Of a stretch of 64,000 nt of DNA, positions 12,801 through 25,300 are shown piece by piece. The DNA lies in contig OZ024743.1 in the NCBI GenBank assembly GCA_964016885.1, forward strand, positions 212,970,001-213,034,000, in the 5' to 3' direction. The notes beneath the pieces were generated by a model. It was not told the DNA's origin and made no database searches. It saw nothing but the letters and a program-made list of their open reading frames with translations. Positions within the stretch are counted from its first letter, which is position 1; every line of letters starts with the position of its first letter. The position numbers were made by a program, and so were the translations under genes. The stretch is from Eledone cirrhosa (Eukaryota).

Positions 12801-15800
12801 GATGCAACGTTTTTAGACTCAAAAGATGTGAAAATATATATTAAAAAGATGCTGTTGAATAATCAACAAACCTGTTTCTGGTAAAACCTACCATTTTTAG
12901 TAACATTAAAAAATATTTCAAAATTTATAAATAAAATAAAAAATGACTTTGCATAAAGTGCTCCTTTTACAAGTGGTCATGAAAAGGATGATAGTTTTTT
13001 ACTATAAGCCTTCCTGAAGGTCTCACTAGCCTCATTAGTGCATTTCAATAATGAACTACTTCATTCTATTAAGAACTTTTTATTCTCTTCTTAGTAAATA
13101 TTGTACCATACTTTTTTCTTTCATGCCTCTTTTTTATATTTCAACTTTAAACACGGCTAGTGAAATAAATGAAAAGAAAAAAATTTTTTTTATCAATCCT
13201 GGAAATATAAATGGCAAAGGTGATCTCAAAGGAGTATGAAATCCATAATGCAAAGGAATTCAAATAAAAACCACAATCTATTCAACAGTTAATGGTCATG
13301 TTGGTGTCATGACAAAAAGACTCAGTCCACACTGTAGAGTGGTCGTGTCACAACAAAAAGCACCTAGTACACACTGTAAATGTGGTTGGTGTTAGGAAGG
13401 GTATCCAGCTGTAAAAACCAAGCCAAAATCACTTCTGTATGAGCAGTTATCTTATCTGGCTTGTCTCAAAGGGACAACTTGTCAAACCCATGCTAGCATG
13501 GAAAAATGGATGTTAAATGGTGATGATGATGATGAGGATGATGATGTATTACTAATTCAGTAATCAGCCATCCTTTAAAATAACAACAGTAACTACTACT
13601 TACTCGGAAAGTTGATAAAATAATTCTGCTGACTTTCTCTTTAACTGATTCACTGAGAATATCAGACAAAATTTCAATGATATTATATCTGAAGAAGAAA
13701 AAGAAACATGGATTCATAAACATCATTGCTGGTCTTATAATAAAAAGTTCTCCATTATTTGAATGTAATTGCAGTACACTAGGGATAATCTGTGGAGTAC
13801 AATTTTAATATACAATTTTATTTCAGATTTTGTTTTGTATTTTATAGACCAATCAGTGTGTGAAGTGCAATGCTGCATGGTAGTGAAACATGGGCTGTGA
13901 CTGCCGAGGACATATGTAGACTGGAGAGAAATGAAGCAACCATGCTTCGTTAGATGTGCAATGTAAGTGTGAGAGAAAGGCAGAGCTTGGATGAGCTGAG
14001 GGAGAAGATGGGTTTAAAGGGAATCTGATGTGGTGTGCAGGAGAGAAAGCTGTGTTGATACGGGCATGTGAAGTGCATGGATGATGATCGCTGGGTAAAG
14101 AAGTGCCAGGAAATCCTAGTGGAAGGAAGCTACAGTAGAGGTAGATCAAGAAAGACCTGGGCAGAGGTGGTGAGAGCTGATCTCTGATCGCTGAGACTCA
14201 CTCAGAGAGGAGATGATGAAGGAACGTGACAAATGGAGAGATGCAGTGTTGAAAAGGACCCACCTAACCCATGTGAGCATAGAAGAACTGACTAAAGGAT
14301 GATGAGGACATCATCATCATCATCGTTTAACGTCCCTGTTCCACGCTTGCATGGGTTTGGACGGGGGTTTTCCCACATGAGGCAAGAGTGGTTGTCTTGC
14401 TCGCATAGGACTGTCTGGCGTGTTTTCTACAGCTGGATGCCCTTCCTAACACCAACCACATTTACAGTGGGGCTGGGATGTTTTTACCGTGTTGCCTACA
14501 CGGCCACATTACAGCATGGACTGTCTGGCGTGTTTTCTACAGCTGGATGCCCTTCCTAACACCAACCACATTTACAGTGTGGGACTGGGAGGTTTTTACC
14601 GTGTTGCCTACATGGCCACATTACAGCGTGGACTGTGTGTTTTTTGTCGTGACACCTACACGACCTCGTTTGTTTCGGCCTGGATGTTGTGGCACCAACA
14701 TAACTTTGCATTGAAGGGGGCGGTGTGGATGGGGTGGGACGGGGTGTATTTTGTTAGAGATGCCTACTGACTAGTAGGTTTTACTTTGTATTTAGGTAAG
14801 GCGGGTCTTCTCTGTTACTGAGTACCGCCAAAGGTCTCGGTCCAGTGACATTGTCTTGGAGAGGTGTAAGTGTGTGAGGTCGGAATTTATCAGCTCGTCC
14901 CAGGTTTTCCTGGGTCTGCCTACTCCGTGGCTACCATCTATCTTTATTGCCCTGCACTTTGTTATACAGCTGTCGTCTTTCATGCGCATCACGTGACCGT
15001 ACCAACGTAGCCTTCTCTCGAGTAAACAACATCTGATCCTTCTTATTTCTAATTTTTTCCTTAGTTCGTTTATGCTTTGCCGTTAACGTATATTACTATT
15101 ACACATCCAGCGGAGCATGCAAGCTTCGTTCCTCTCTAGTCTGCATATATCCTCTGCACACAATGCCCAGGTCTCACTGCCATGCAACATTGCTGTTCGT
15201 ATGCAGGCATCATACAACCTGCCTTTCATTTTTAGGGAGAACCCTTTAGCGGCTAATAGTGGTATAAGCTCTCTGAACTTTTTCCATCCAGTTCTGACTC
15301 TAGCTACTGTACTTTCAGAGCACCCTGCCCCACTGCTGATTTTGTCACCCAGGTAACGGAAGCTGTCCACTATTTCTATAGAACCCTCTGCGCAATTGAA
15401 AGAGTATTTTGTGGGCACTTGCTGCTACTTATTGCACCAGAGCACCGGCCACATGTAAAATCTGTGTTCTTAGTTAGCTTACCTGTGATCCCACTACATC
15501 TTTTATGCACCCATACTTTGCATTTGGGACATAAAATGGAGTTTCTACCTACGCCTTTCCTACACACTGAGCATGGCCATTTCCCGGAGGAGACCGGCGC
15601 CTTATTTTCTTTCCTACAAACTAGAACTTTAGTCTTAGCCAGGTTAATTTTAAGGCCTTTTGATTCTAGGCCGTGCTTCCATGTTTGGAATTTCTTCTCT
15701 AGCACGGCCATTGATTCAGCTATGAGCGTTAGATCATCTGCGTATAGGAGTTCCCATGGGCAGCCGGTCTTGAACTCCTCTGTTATAGCCTGAAGGGCAA

Positions 15801-18004
15801 TAATAAATAGTAGGGGGCTAAGAACAGAGCCCTGATGGACACCAACTTTTACGCTAAACTCTTCACTATATTCGTTGTTAATTCTAACCTTGCTGACTGT
15901 TTCTTTATACATGGCTTGTATGGCTCTCACAAGCCATTCGTCAACACCTAGTTTTCTAAGAGCCCACCAGATAATGGAACGGGGGACTCTGTCGAAGGCT
16001 TTCTCCAAGTCGACAAAAGCTAAGTATAGGGGTTTACTTTTAGCTAGGTACTTCTGTAGTTGTCGTACAATGAAAAGAGCGTCTGTGGTACTTTTGCCTG
16101 ACACAAACCCGAACTGCATTTCATCTAGATCAATTCTCTCTCTGATTAGTTGCGCTATTACTTTTTCCGTGACCTTCATGACCTGGTCGATTAATTTAAT
16201 GCCTCTATAGTTACTCCTATCTAGGGCGTCTCCTTTACCCTTGTAACAGTTAACGATGATGCTGCTACGCCAGTCCTTCGGAACAACCCAATTCTGTATG
16301 ACTTGGTTTACTATCCGGGTGACCATGGTGTGTCCCACCGTACCGGAGGCTTTCAGCATCTCAGCAACTATTTCTGAAGGCCCAGCCGCCTTACCCGTCT
16401 TCATATCTTTGATTGCCTTACTTATTATACTACCTTCGACTAACACTGCTGGTCCCTCTATTGGGTCGATGTGGGGGAGACTGTCTTTCTCCCATTTATT
16501 CTCCTCATTTAGTAGCCTTTCGTAGTGACACTTCCAAGCTACCTTCTTATTAGCGTCAGTGATGGCAAGTACACCATCATCGTTAAGTACACACTTCTCC
16601 CCGACAATATCACGGTTTTCCTTGACACATTGCCTAGCAATCCTGAACACCTCACGTTTTTGGTCCTCGCATTATAGAAAATGCTTGAACTTTCTTTCCT
16701 CTGCTTCCCTTCTTGCAAAGTACACTTGTCTCCTAGCTTCCCTCCTGGCCACTTGATAGTCTTCTCTACTTCCCCCATCCCGCCATGCTTTCCAAGCCTG
16801 CTTTTTGGCCTTGATTGACCCCTCCACCTTACTGTTCCACCACCATGTTACTCTCCTCCTGCCTACAGGCCTGCTCCAGCCACAGACTTCGTCTGCCGCC
16901 ATCAGCAGGTTTGCTTTCAGGAATTCCCACTGTTCCTCTACCTTGTACGACTCTAATTGCTCTTCCTTACTGTCGAAATCATCAAGTAATATGCTTTGAA
17001 ATTTATTTCTGGCTGTGGGATACTTTAGCTTCCATATTTTTCTCCTGAGGATAGTCCTCTTCTGCTGTCTAGTACGTCTCGTCCTGACTATGAGGTCGCT
17101 AATTATCAGTCTATGTTGGGAGGTGCATTCTTCATGGGGGAGGGATTTAGTGTTTACAACAGACACTCTGTCACGTCTTCTGGTAAGGATATGTAGTAAG
17201 ACGCCTCACGCTCCTTGATAGAACAACGCCGGTTAGGAACGCCAGAAAGAAAAGACAGACAGCCACTGAAAAGCCGACTGATCACACGCAAGAAACCAGC
17301 CTCTGTACAACAACATTGTTGGTGCTACATCAAAAAATAAACGTATATTTCATCTCTAATTTCTGCTGTTGAAATAATTATTATGTCACTCGTATCTCGA
17401 TAACATCTATAACTAATACTGCTAAAGTGGTGACCGACGTAAGAATTTAACGCAACCCTTCTTTTTCACGTTGCCGGCCTTTTTTCGCAACTTGTGAAAA
17501 TAAAAAATATTCCTTTTAAAATTATCGAAAAATTAGTAGTATTTCAAAAAACTTTTTGCTACACTCGACAACAACAACGACAGCAGCAGCAGCGACAACA
17601 TTGTTTAACCACTGACCAAAACAGGGAATAGTGAGTGGCAGCTTCATAGCCTTACCGACGCAAACCACCACACATCGGAAATATCAAAACGATTCATTTG
17701 TGTCGATAATTTAGAGCAACTTTTTTTTTATTCACTTGAATATTCCATTTCCGTTGCCAACTTTTTCGCAACTTACAGAAGAAAAAAGAAAAAAGTGTAT
17801 TTTTCCAAGGTGGCGTTGCGTTCCTTCCCAGTTTTGAAACGGACACATTTTTTGAATTGCGTGTGTGTTCCATGACTGATCAAGAGAGAAGAGACTAAAC
17901 TTTTTTTGTGAACATAACTGCCCCGCATGGGGATATACATGCCTTACTTTTTTCTAAGGGATTTTTAGCCACTGGCTACCTTTGTTGATATCCAACGCGG
18001 ATAT

Positions 18005-18035
<31 letters not shown>

Positions 18036-21000
18036 CAAACATTTTTTTTTCTTCCTCTTTTTTACCTTATTTGATTTGGCTGGTTCGTTGAAGCAACGCG
18101 AGGGGACAGACGTTGAAGGAAAATTTTTTTTTTAAAAGATATATATCTGTATTTTATGTATTTTGCATATTTCCTTATGTTTTGAATGTTTCTTTTTGCC
18201 ATTTAACTTTTTCTCAATATTGGCTGTTCTCTTTTTACTGTACAAGGGTACATTAATTGCTCTTTAGATATATAGGTATATATATTTGTTTTAATTTTAA
18301 AAGTTGACATGAATGTACCACATTTGCCCGCCTTTACTGGAAAACCTAAGATGTGGTTTGCCCAGTTACAGGCGTATTTTACGGTCTGTAAGACCGAATC
18401 TGACCAGCGCCTCGCTGTACTGATTAGCGGCCTTCCCCCTAATCTAGCAGATTCGGTCCAAGACCTAATTACAGACCCCCCCCCCTCTGACTTGACGTAT
18501 GAGTTTTTGAAGGGCGAGATTTTGAGGAGGAATTGTAAGTCGGTAGAGAGTCGTTTTCGGTCACTGATCGAGGACGAACGATTAGGTGACAGGACCCCTA
18601 CCGCTTTGCTCCGGCATTTGCGGGATTTGAGCGATTCCCAAGATCAGGATAGCCCTTTCCTGAAGCAATTGTTCTTCTCTCGCCTACCTCAAGAGGTACA
18701 GGCGATCCTAGCCCATATGCTAGAGGTGAATACCCTGGATCACATTGCTGTCTCTGCTGACAAAATTGTAGAGGTGACGAAGAGAGACACTTCGAAGCCA
18801 AAGTACGTTGCTTCCTCTTCTCTTCCTCAATCACGCTCATCAGCGTCTGATGACAAATTAATCACCACTATGGAAGCCATGACTCGTCAAATGGCGGAGT
18901 TGTGCACGGAATTCAGGTCCTTTGGACGGCAGAGGAGCCGCTCACGACGTTATTCAACTTCTCGCCACCGTAGCCCTTCCAACACACCAGGAACACCATA
19001 TTGTTATTACCATGAAAGATATGGTAAAAAAGCCGCCCGTTGTAGGCCTCCTTGTGCTTACGAGGGAAAAGACGACCAGAGTCACTAACGGTGGATAGTG
19101 CGCTCTGCGAAACAACATCTAACCGCCACTTTTTCATTGAGGACCTGCTGTCCGGTAGAGCTTTTCTGGTTGACACAGGTGCAGCTTGTTCTGTATGGCC
19201 TGTGTGTTGTATGAAGGAGACTCCCCCTGAGACGCCTATTGAGTTGCAGGCAGTAAATTGTTCGCCGATTCGAACTTTCGGACAAATCTCGTTACCTTTG
19301 CAGTTTCGTAATCTGCAGCGTGAGTTTAAATGGATATTTACTGTCGCTGCCTTGCCGTATCCGATTCTAGGCGCGGATTTTCTCCACCATTTTTCATTGA
19401 CGGTGGACCTTCGTGGTAAACGCCTTATTGATGGCATCACGGGATTAACTGTTGTTGGCAAGGCAGCAGGAGTTCCAACGGTTAGCCCGACATTTTTTCT
19501 TGCTAACACCGGTGATCCTTTCCATGCGTTGTTGAACTCGTTCCCGCAACTGACACAGGGGAATTTTCGATTTGATGAACCTACTCATACCACGGAGCAC
19601 TTCATATCTACAACTGGTGCTCCCGTTTCCTTTCGTCCTCGTCGCTTGCCTCCGGACAAACTCAAAGCAGCACGATCAGAATTTGATCATATGCTGCAAA
19701 TGGGGATTATTCGTCCGTCCACGAGCCCGTGGGCATCCCCATTACACATGGTACCGAAAGCGAATGGCGATTGGAGACCTACTGGAGATTATCGACGCCT
19801 GAATTCGATAACGGTACCGGACCGTTATCCTATCCCTCATCTGCAAGACTTTGCGTCTTCGTTGCAGGGATGCAAGATATTCTCCAAACTGGATTTAATT
19901 CGTGCGTACCATCAAATTCCTGTCCATAAAAATGACATTCCAAAAACGGCTATAGTTACGCCATTTGGGTCTTTCGAGTTTTTGACTATGCCGTTCGGAT
20001 TAAGGAATGCCGCTAGTACTTTTCAGCGGTTTATGGATGAGGTTACTCGCGGCCTCGATTTCGTCTATACCTATATTGACGATCTGCTCATTGCTAGTTC
20101 TTCTCCAGAGCAGCATACGCACCATTTGAATCTTCTTTTCCGCCGATTGAAGGCGTATAACGTGCAGCTTAATGCACCCAAATGTGTTTTTGGTGCTGAG
20201 TCACTGACTTTCTTGGGTCACATCATCGATGCTGACGGTATTCGACCCCGGCCTGAGCGAGTTAAGGTTATAGAGGATTTGCCTCCACCGACCTCACTAC
20301 GTCAGTTACGCCAGTTCTTAGGTCTGGTTAACTTTTATAGGCGTTTCGTGCCAAATTGTGCAAAATTGCTTTTCTCCCTGACAGAAATTTTGAAAAATTG
20401 TCGGAGGAAGAACAAAGATATTTCTTTGACAGACACTCAACTTGCTGATTTTCAGCACGCCAAAACCGTTTTGGCTAATGCTTCGTTACTGACTCACCCG
20501 GTACCCGGTGCAAAGCTAACGCCTTGTGTTGATGCATCGGATATCGCTGTGGGCGCAGTACTACAGCAAAACATCAATGGTTACCAGCAACCGCTGGAGT
20601 TTTTTTCCAAAAAGCTAAATCCTGTTGAGACGCACTACAGCACCTTTGGAAGAGAGCTTTTAGCCATCTATTTGGCCGTGAAACATTTTTCACATGTGCT
20701 AGAGGGTAGGCAATTTACTATCCTCACTGACCATAAACCATTGACTTTTGCTTTGAGAGCGAAGGCTGATAAATACTCGCCCAGAGAGACGAGACACCTT
20801 GATTTCATCTCGCAATATACGAGTGATATCCAGCACATTCCGGGTTCACTAAATACAGCGGCCGATGCTTTGTCCTGCTTACCCGTGACAGCGATCTCGT
20901 CATCCTCTGACATAGATCTGACTCGTTTGGCTGCGGATCAGCCTCCCCTTGAGTCATTGGATGTCACATCGCCCGAGTTTGCGAATTGCGAGATGAAATA

Positions 21001-22325
21001 CTTGCCTCTGTCGACTGCAGTTGGCCAAATTCTCTGCGACGTCTCCTTGGACGTGCCTAGGCCCTTCGTTCCAGAGAATCATCGTCGGACCGTGTTTCTG
21101 GGATTACATTGTATCTCGCATCCAGGATCTTCTGCCACAGCAAAGCTCATAACAGCTAGATTTTTCTGGCCAAATATGAGGCGTGAAATTGCTGCCTGGT
21201 GCCGTTCCTGCGTCGCTTGCCAGAGATCAAAGGTCCATCGACACGTCAAGGCTCCCCTGGGTACCTTTGCTAACCCAGATGCGCGTTTTTCACATATTCA
21301 TATTGACATAGTGGGACCTTGGCCTGTCAGCGATGGTTTTTCTTATCTACTTACCGTCATTGACTGTTTTTCGAGATGGCCTGAGGCCATCCCCTTGAAA
21401 AACATCACCACGGAGACAACAGCACGTGCTCTTGTGTCTGGATGGATCTCTCGTTATGGAGTTCCATCCACAATAACTACCGACCGTGGACGACAGTTCG
21501 AGTCGAGCCTTTTCCTTGAGCTGTCAAAATTAATTGGTGCTAAACGCATTAGAACTACGGCATACCATCCCGCTTCGAATGGTATGGTGGAGCGCTTTCA
21601 CCGCCAACTGAAGGCCTCCTTAATGGCCTCAATGGACTCGGCGCATTGGAGCGAGTACCTCCCTATTGTGCTACTAGGGATTTGGTCAACAGTGAAGGTT
21701 GACTCTGGATTTTCACCGGCCGAAGTACTGTACGGTGCCCCTCTGACGTTGCCCGGGCAAATACTTGCCCCTATCGATCTTGATGCCCAAGATCACGCTT
21801 CCTACGTGTCCCGTTTGCGCTCCTATTTCCAGGATTTGCCGCCAATGGACACTAGGAAACAAACTGTCAAGACTGCTGTCCCGAGGGATATTGCCTCGTG
21901 GACGCATGTCTTTGTAAGGAATGATACGGTGAAGCCCCCGCTCACACAGCCTTACACTGGACCTTACCGTGTCTTAGCGCGCTCGGCTAAGCATTTCACG
22001 TTAGATATTAAGGGGTCCAGGGAGACAGTTACAATAGACAGGCTTGAGCAGGCTCACCTTGACACGGACGCTGTGGTTCCTGATCCACGAACCCCTTCGT
22101 ATTTGCCTGTTGAGCGAACGCCTGTTCCTGAACCACCATCATCGCCTGTCCCTACACCACCACCATCGCCACGTTACAAGACCACGACCCTTTCAGGTCG
22201 TAGGGTCCACTGGCCCAAAAAATTTTGCAGCACCGTTTATATTTAGACTATGTTAGCTGCACCTTTTTTTTGCCTCTGTGTTTCTGCTTTTTCTTTGCCT
22301 TGTTTTTTTTATGCATGCATGTCGG

Positions 22326-22360
<35 letters not shown>

Positions 22361-25300
22361 TCAAATCCTTAATCTGGATTCAATTTTTGCTAGAGCGGAT
22401 AGCTCCCCCTTGTTGCATTGTTCACCATCTTACTCCACATGTGAGTAATGACATCGATTTTCGATAATTTGAAAATCTGGCTCGAGGTACTGTAGTAAGA
22501 CGCCTCACGCTCCTTGATAGAACAACGCCGGTTAGGAACGCCAGAAATAAAAGACAGACAGCCACTGAAAAGCCGACTGATCACACGCAAGAAACCAGCC
22601 TCTGTACAACAACATTGTTGGTGCTACATCAAAAAATAAACGTATATTTCATCTCTAATTTCTGCTGTTGAAATAATTATTATGTCACTCGTATCTCGAT
22701 AACATCTATAACTAATACTGCTGTCTAGTACGTCTCGTCCTGACTATGAGGTCGCTAATTATCAGTCTATGTTGGGAGGTGCATTCTTCATGGGGGAGGG
22801 ATTTAGTGTTTACGACAGACACTCTGTCACGTCTTCTGGTAAGGATATAATCTACCTGGCTGGTATGTTCTCCTGATCTGTAGGTGATCAAGTGATTGTC
22901 TCGTTTTTTGAAGATAGTTAGGTTGTTTGCATCACAGAATTCCAGGATTCTGGAGCCTTCCTCGTTTCTAGTACCAAACCCATAGCCTCCGTGGATTCCG
23001 TCATAGCCGTCACAATGTTGTCCAACGTGACCATTTAGGTCGCCAGCAATAATTATATAGTCACTGTCGGTTATTTGGGAGGTAGTGAGCATCAGTGTTT
23101 CATAGAATCTGTCTTTTATAGCGCCAGGCAGTCCGGATTGGGGCGCGTATGCAGATATTACTGTCACAGTAGTTCTGTTTAGAACAAGTCTTATTTTAAT
23201 TATTCTGTCATTCACTATTTACATCTATTATCTTATCCACCCATTTTTCTGCTAACATGATTCCTACCCCACCTATCCCATTGTCATTCCCCACCCAGAA
23301 AAGCTTATAGCAACGTTTTTTACCCACAATGAATCTAGCAGACCTGCCCCTCCACCTGGTCTCTTGGATACAGCAAACATCAACCTCCTTACGTTCAAGC
23401 AATTCTACAACCTCGTTAGAGCGGCCTTTTAAGGTGCCTACGTTCATGGTACCAACTCTGAAGTTTTGGATTGTGTTTGGAGGATGGGGCGCAGGGAGGG
23501 GTGAGGGGAATGAGTTTGGGGTTATGTTGGCCATCCGTGACCGAAACAAAGAGGGGGGGGGGGCCTTGCCCCTTCGTCAATGAAGCAATATCTTGTTCTA
23601 CCAAACAATCACTAAGATGGTGGCTAGCGCATGGCAAATTTGCAAAAATGGTTCAAAGTGTAACTTTGATTCAAACTTCAACTACTTTGCTACACTGTTA
23701 CTCCTTATCCCTGCCATATTTGATCATAATTAGGCCATTTGGAGAGATATTGGTTAAAATGTCCATGAAAGACTAAATGGATGTTACATGGGAAAAAATA
23801 ATTCTAGAGATATCCTAATTAAACATTAAAAGTTCGCACATGTCCATACTACAATCACATTACATTTAATATGATTATACTTTAAAAATCATCATGATTA
23901 TTATCTCTCATATTTAAATTAATTGTTTCTACTTTAGGCACAAGGCCAGCAATTACCCAGTGCATTACTGGTACTTTATTTTATCGACCCCGTAAGGATG
24001 AAAGGCAAAGTCAACCTCGGCGGGATTTGAACTCAGATCGTAAATTAATGATGTCTTTTATGACATTAGAGAGAGTTCTTGATGTCGTTGGTTATAGAAT
24101 AAGAAACTGTGTAGAGATAATTGTAGGTAATAAAGAATTTAACATTGGGAGGGAGAGAGAAACTAGAATTGACTGGGGTGAGAATGATAATAATCCACCT
24201 ACTTGTTCATTTTCTCCACAAGTTTTGGGCTGAATGACAAAGACCAGAGACAGAAAATTAGTTGGTACTGGATTTGGAACCCAACTTTGCTTCCAGCCAG
24301 AACAGTGACAATACTGGAAATAAAGTGAATGGTAACAGCATCATTATGACAGTAAGATTGTAAGAGCATCCAAACCTACGAAGGAGGATACTCACTTGAA
24401 ATGGAACACATTCAGAAGGAGGCTCCCCCTCCTACCCATAATTTCAAAACTACTTACGTTGAAATGCCATCAACATCAACAAAAGCTTTTCTGTATATTT
24501 CAATTCTGAGCATCATTTGAAGACAACGAGCTGCAGTCTGTAGATATTCATTGTTCTGAATGTACAAAATAAAAAAAAATTTATAAAACAAAAGCCACAA
24601 GTCAATAGAAACAAACATATTAAAATCATCATCATCACCGTTTTATGTCAATTTTTCCATGCTAGCATGGTTTAGACAAGATGTCCTGTTGTGGGCAATG
24701 CCAGGTCAGGTAACGATGTCTTGCTCATACAGAACTGAGCAATACATGGTCACCTGAGCTGGCATTGCTCACAACAGAACAACTCATCTAACCCATGCTA
24801 GCGTGGAAAAATGGATGTATATACATCATCATTTTAATGGAGCATGCTTGTGAACTAACTTTATATTAATGGGATGAGTGGCCTTTCTCTGGATGTGGTT
24901 GAGGATGTTTGTGTGTGTGTAGTAGTAATACCATCCCAGATATGGGAGTAGTACTCCATTGTGGGTATCACCTGAGTTTTGGAGTTGTTGGGTGCTGAAG
25001 TATTTCATGGCTCTGAAAAGAAGGGGCAGTCTTTACTATGTTAACAATGTGAGATGAGAGATTCTCGGTGATAGTGGCGTAAAGCATTTGGAGAGATTGC
25101 AAGGGCCTTAGTCATGTGGTGATATGTAATTATGTTTTGATATGAGCAGTGTATGTGTCTTTTCTGCTGTTGGAGAAAACAAGATTAGCATGATCCCATT
25201 GAAGAATGCTTTTGAAGGTTCTGTTATTGGCGTCAGTTCAATATTTAGTGTGAATTTACATATGGATGATGCTTGGCTGTGGAAGGCTAGAGGAATGAAG

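Larger units (their letters stand above)
17192..22722 (+). mobile_element. Full-length Ty3/gypsy LTR retrotransposon
   Basis: LTR-matching segments 17192-17423 and 22491-22722 (232 bp, one mismatch seen). PBS-like TGGTGACCGACGT at 17428. Intact gag and pol. Confidence 0.97.
14329..23640 (-). mobile_element. Near full-length RTE-clade LINE (APE-RT-PHD-like), frameshifted, interrupted by a gypsy element
   Basis: APE motifs [15 protein letters not shown] (23208-23549) and GDLNGH, VDYIL (22712-23215). RT in ORF 15376-16650 (LLYADDL). C-terminus to 14792. Long 3' region ending GGACGTTAAACGATGATGAT at ~14329. Confidence 0.92.

Noticed and set aside
18913-19509. 198-aa antisense ORF over the gag-pol junction (and other antisense ORFs over LINE RTs)
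   Set aside because: These are shadows of the sense-strand coding sequence with no recognisable motifs.
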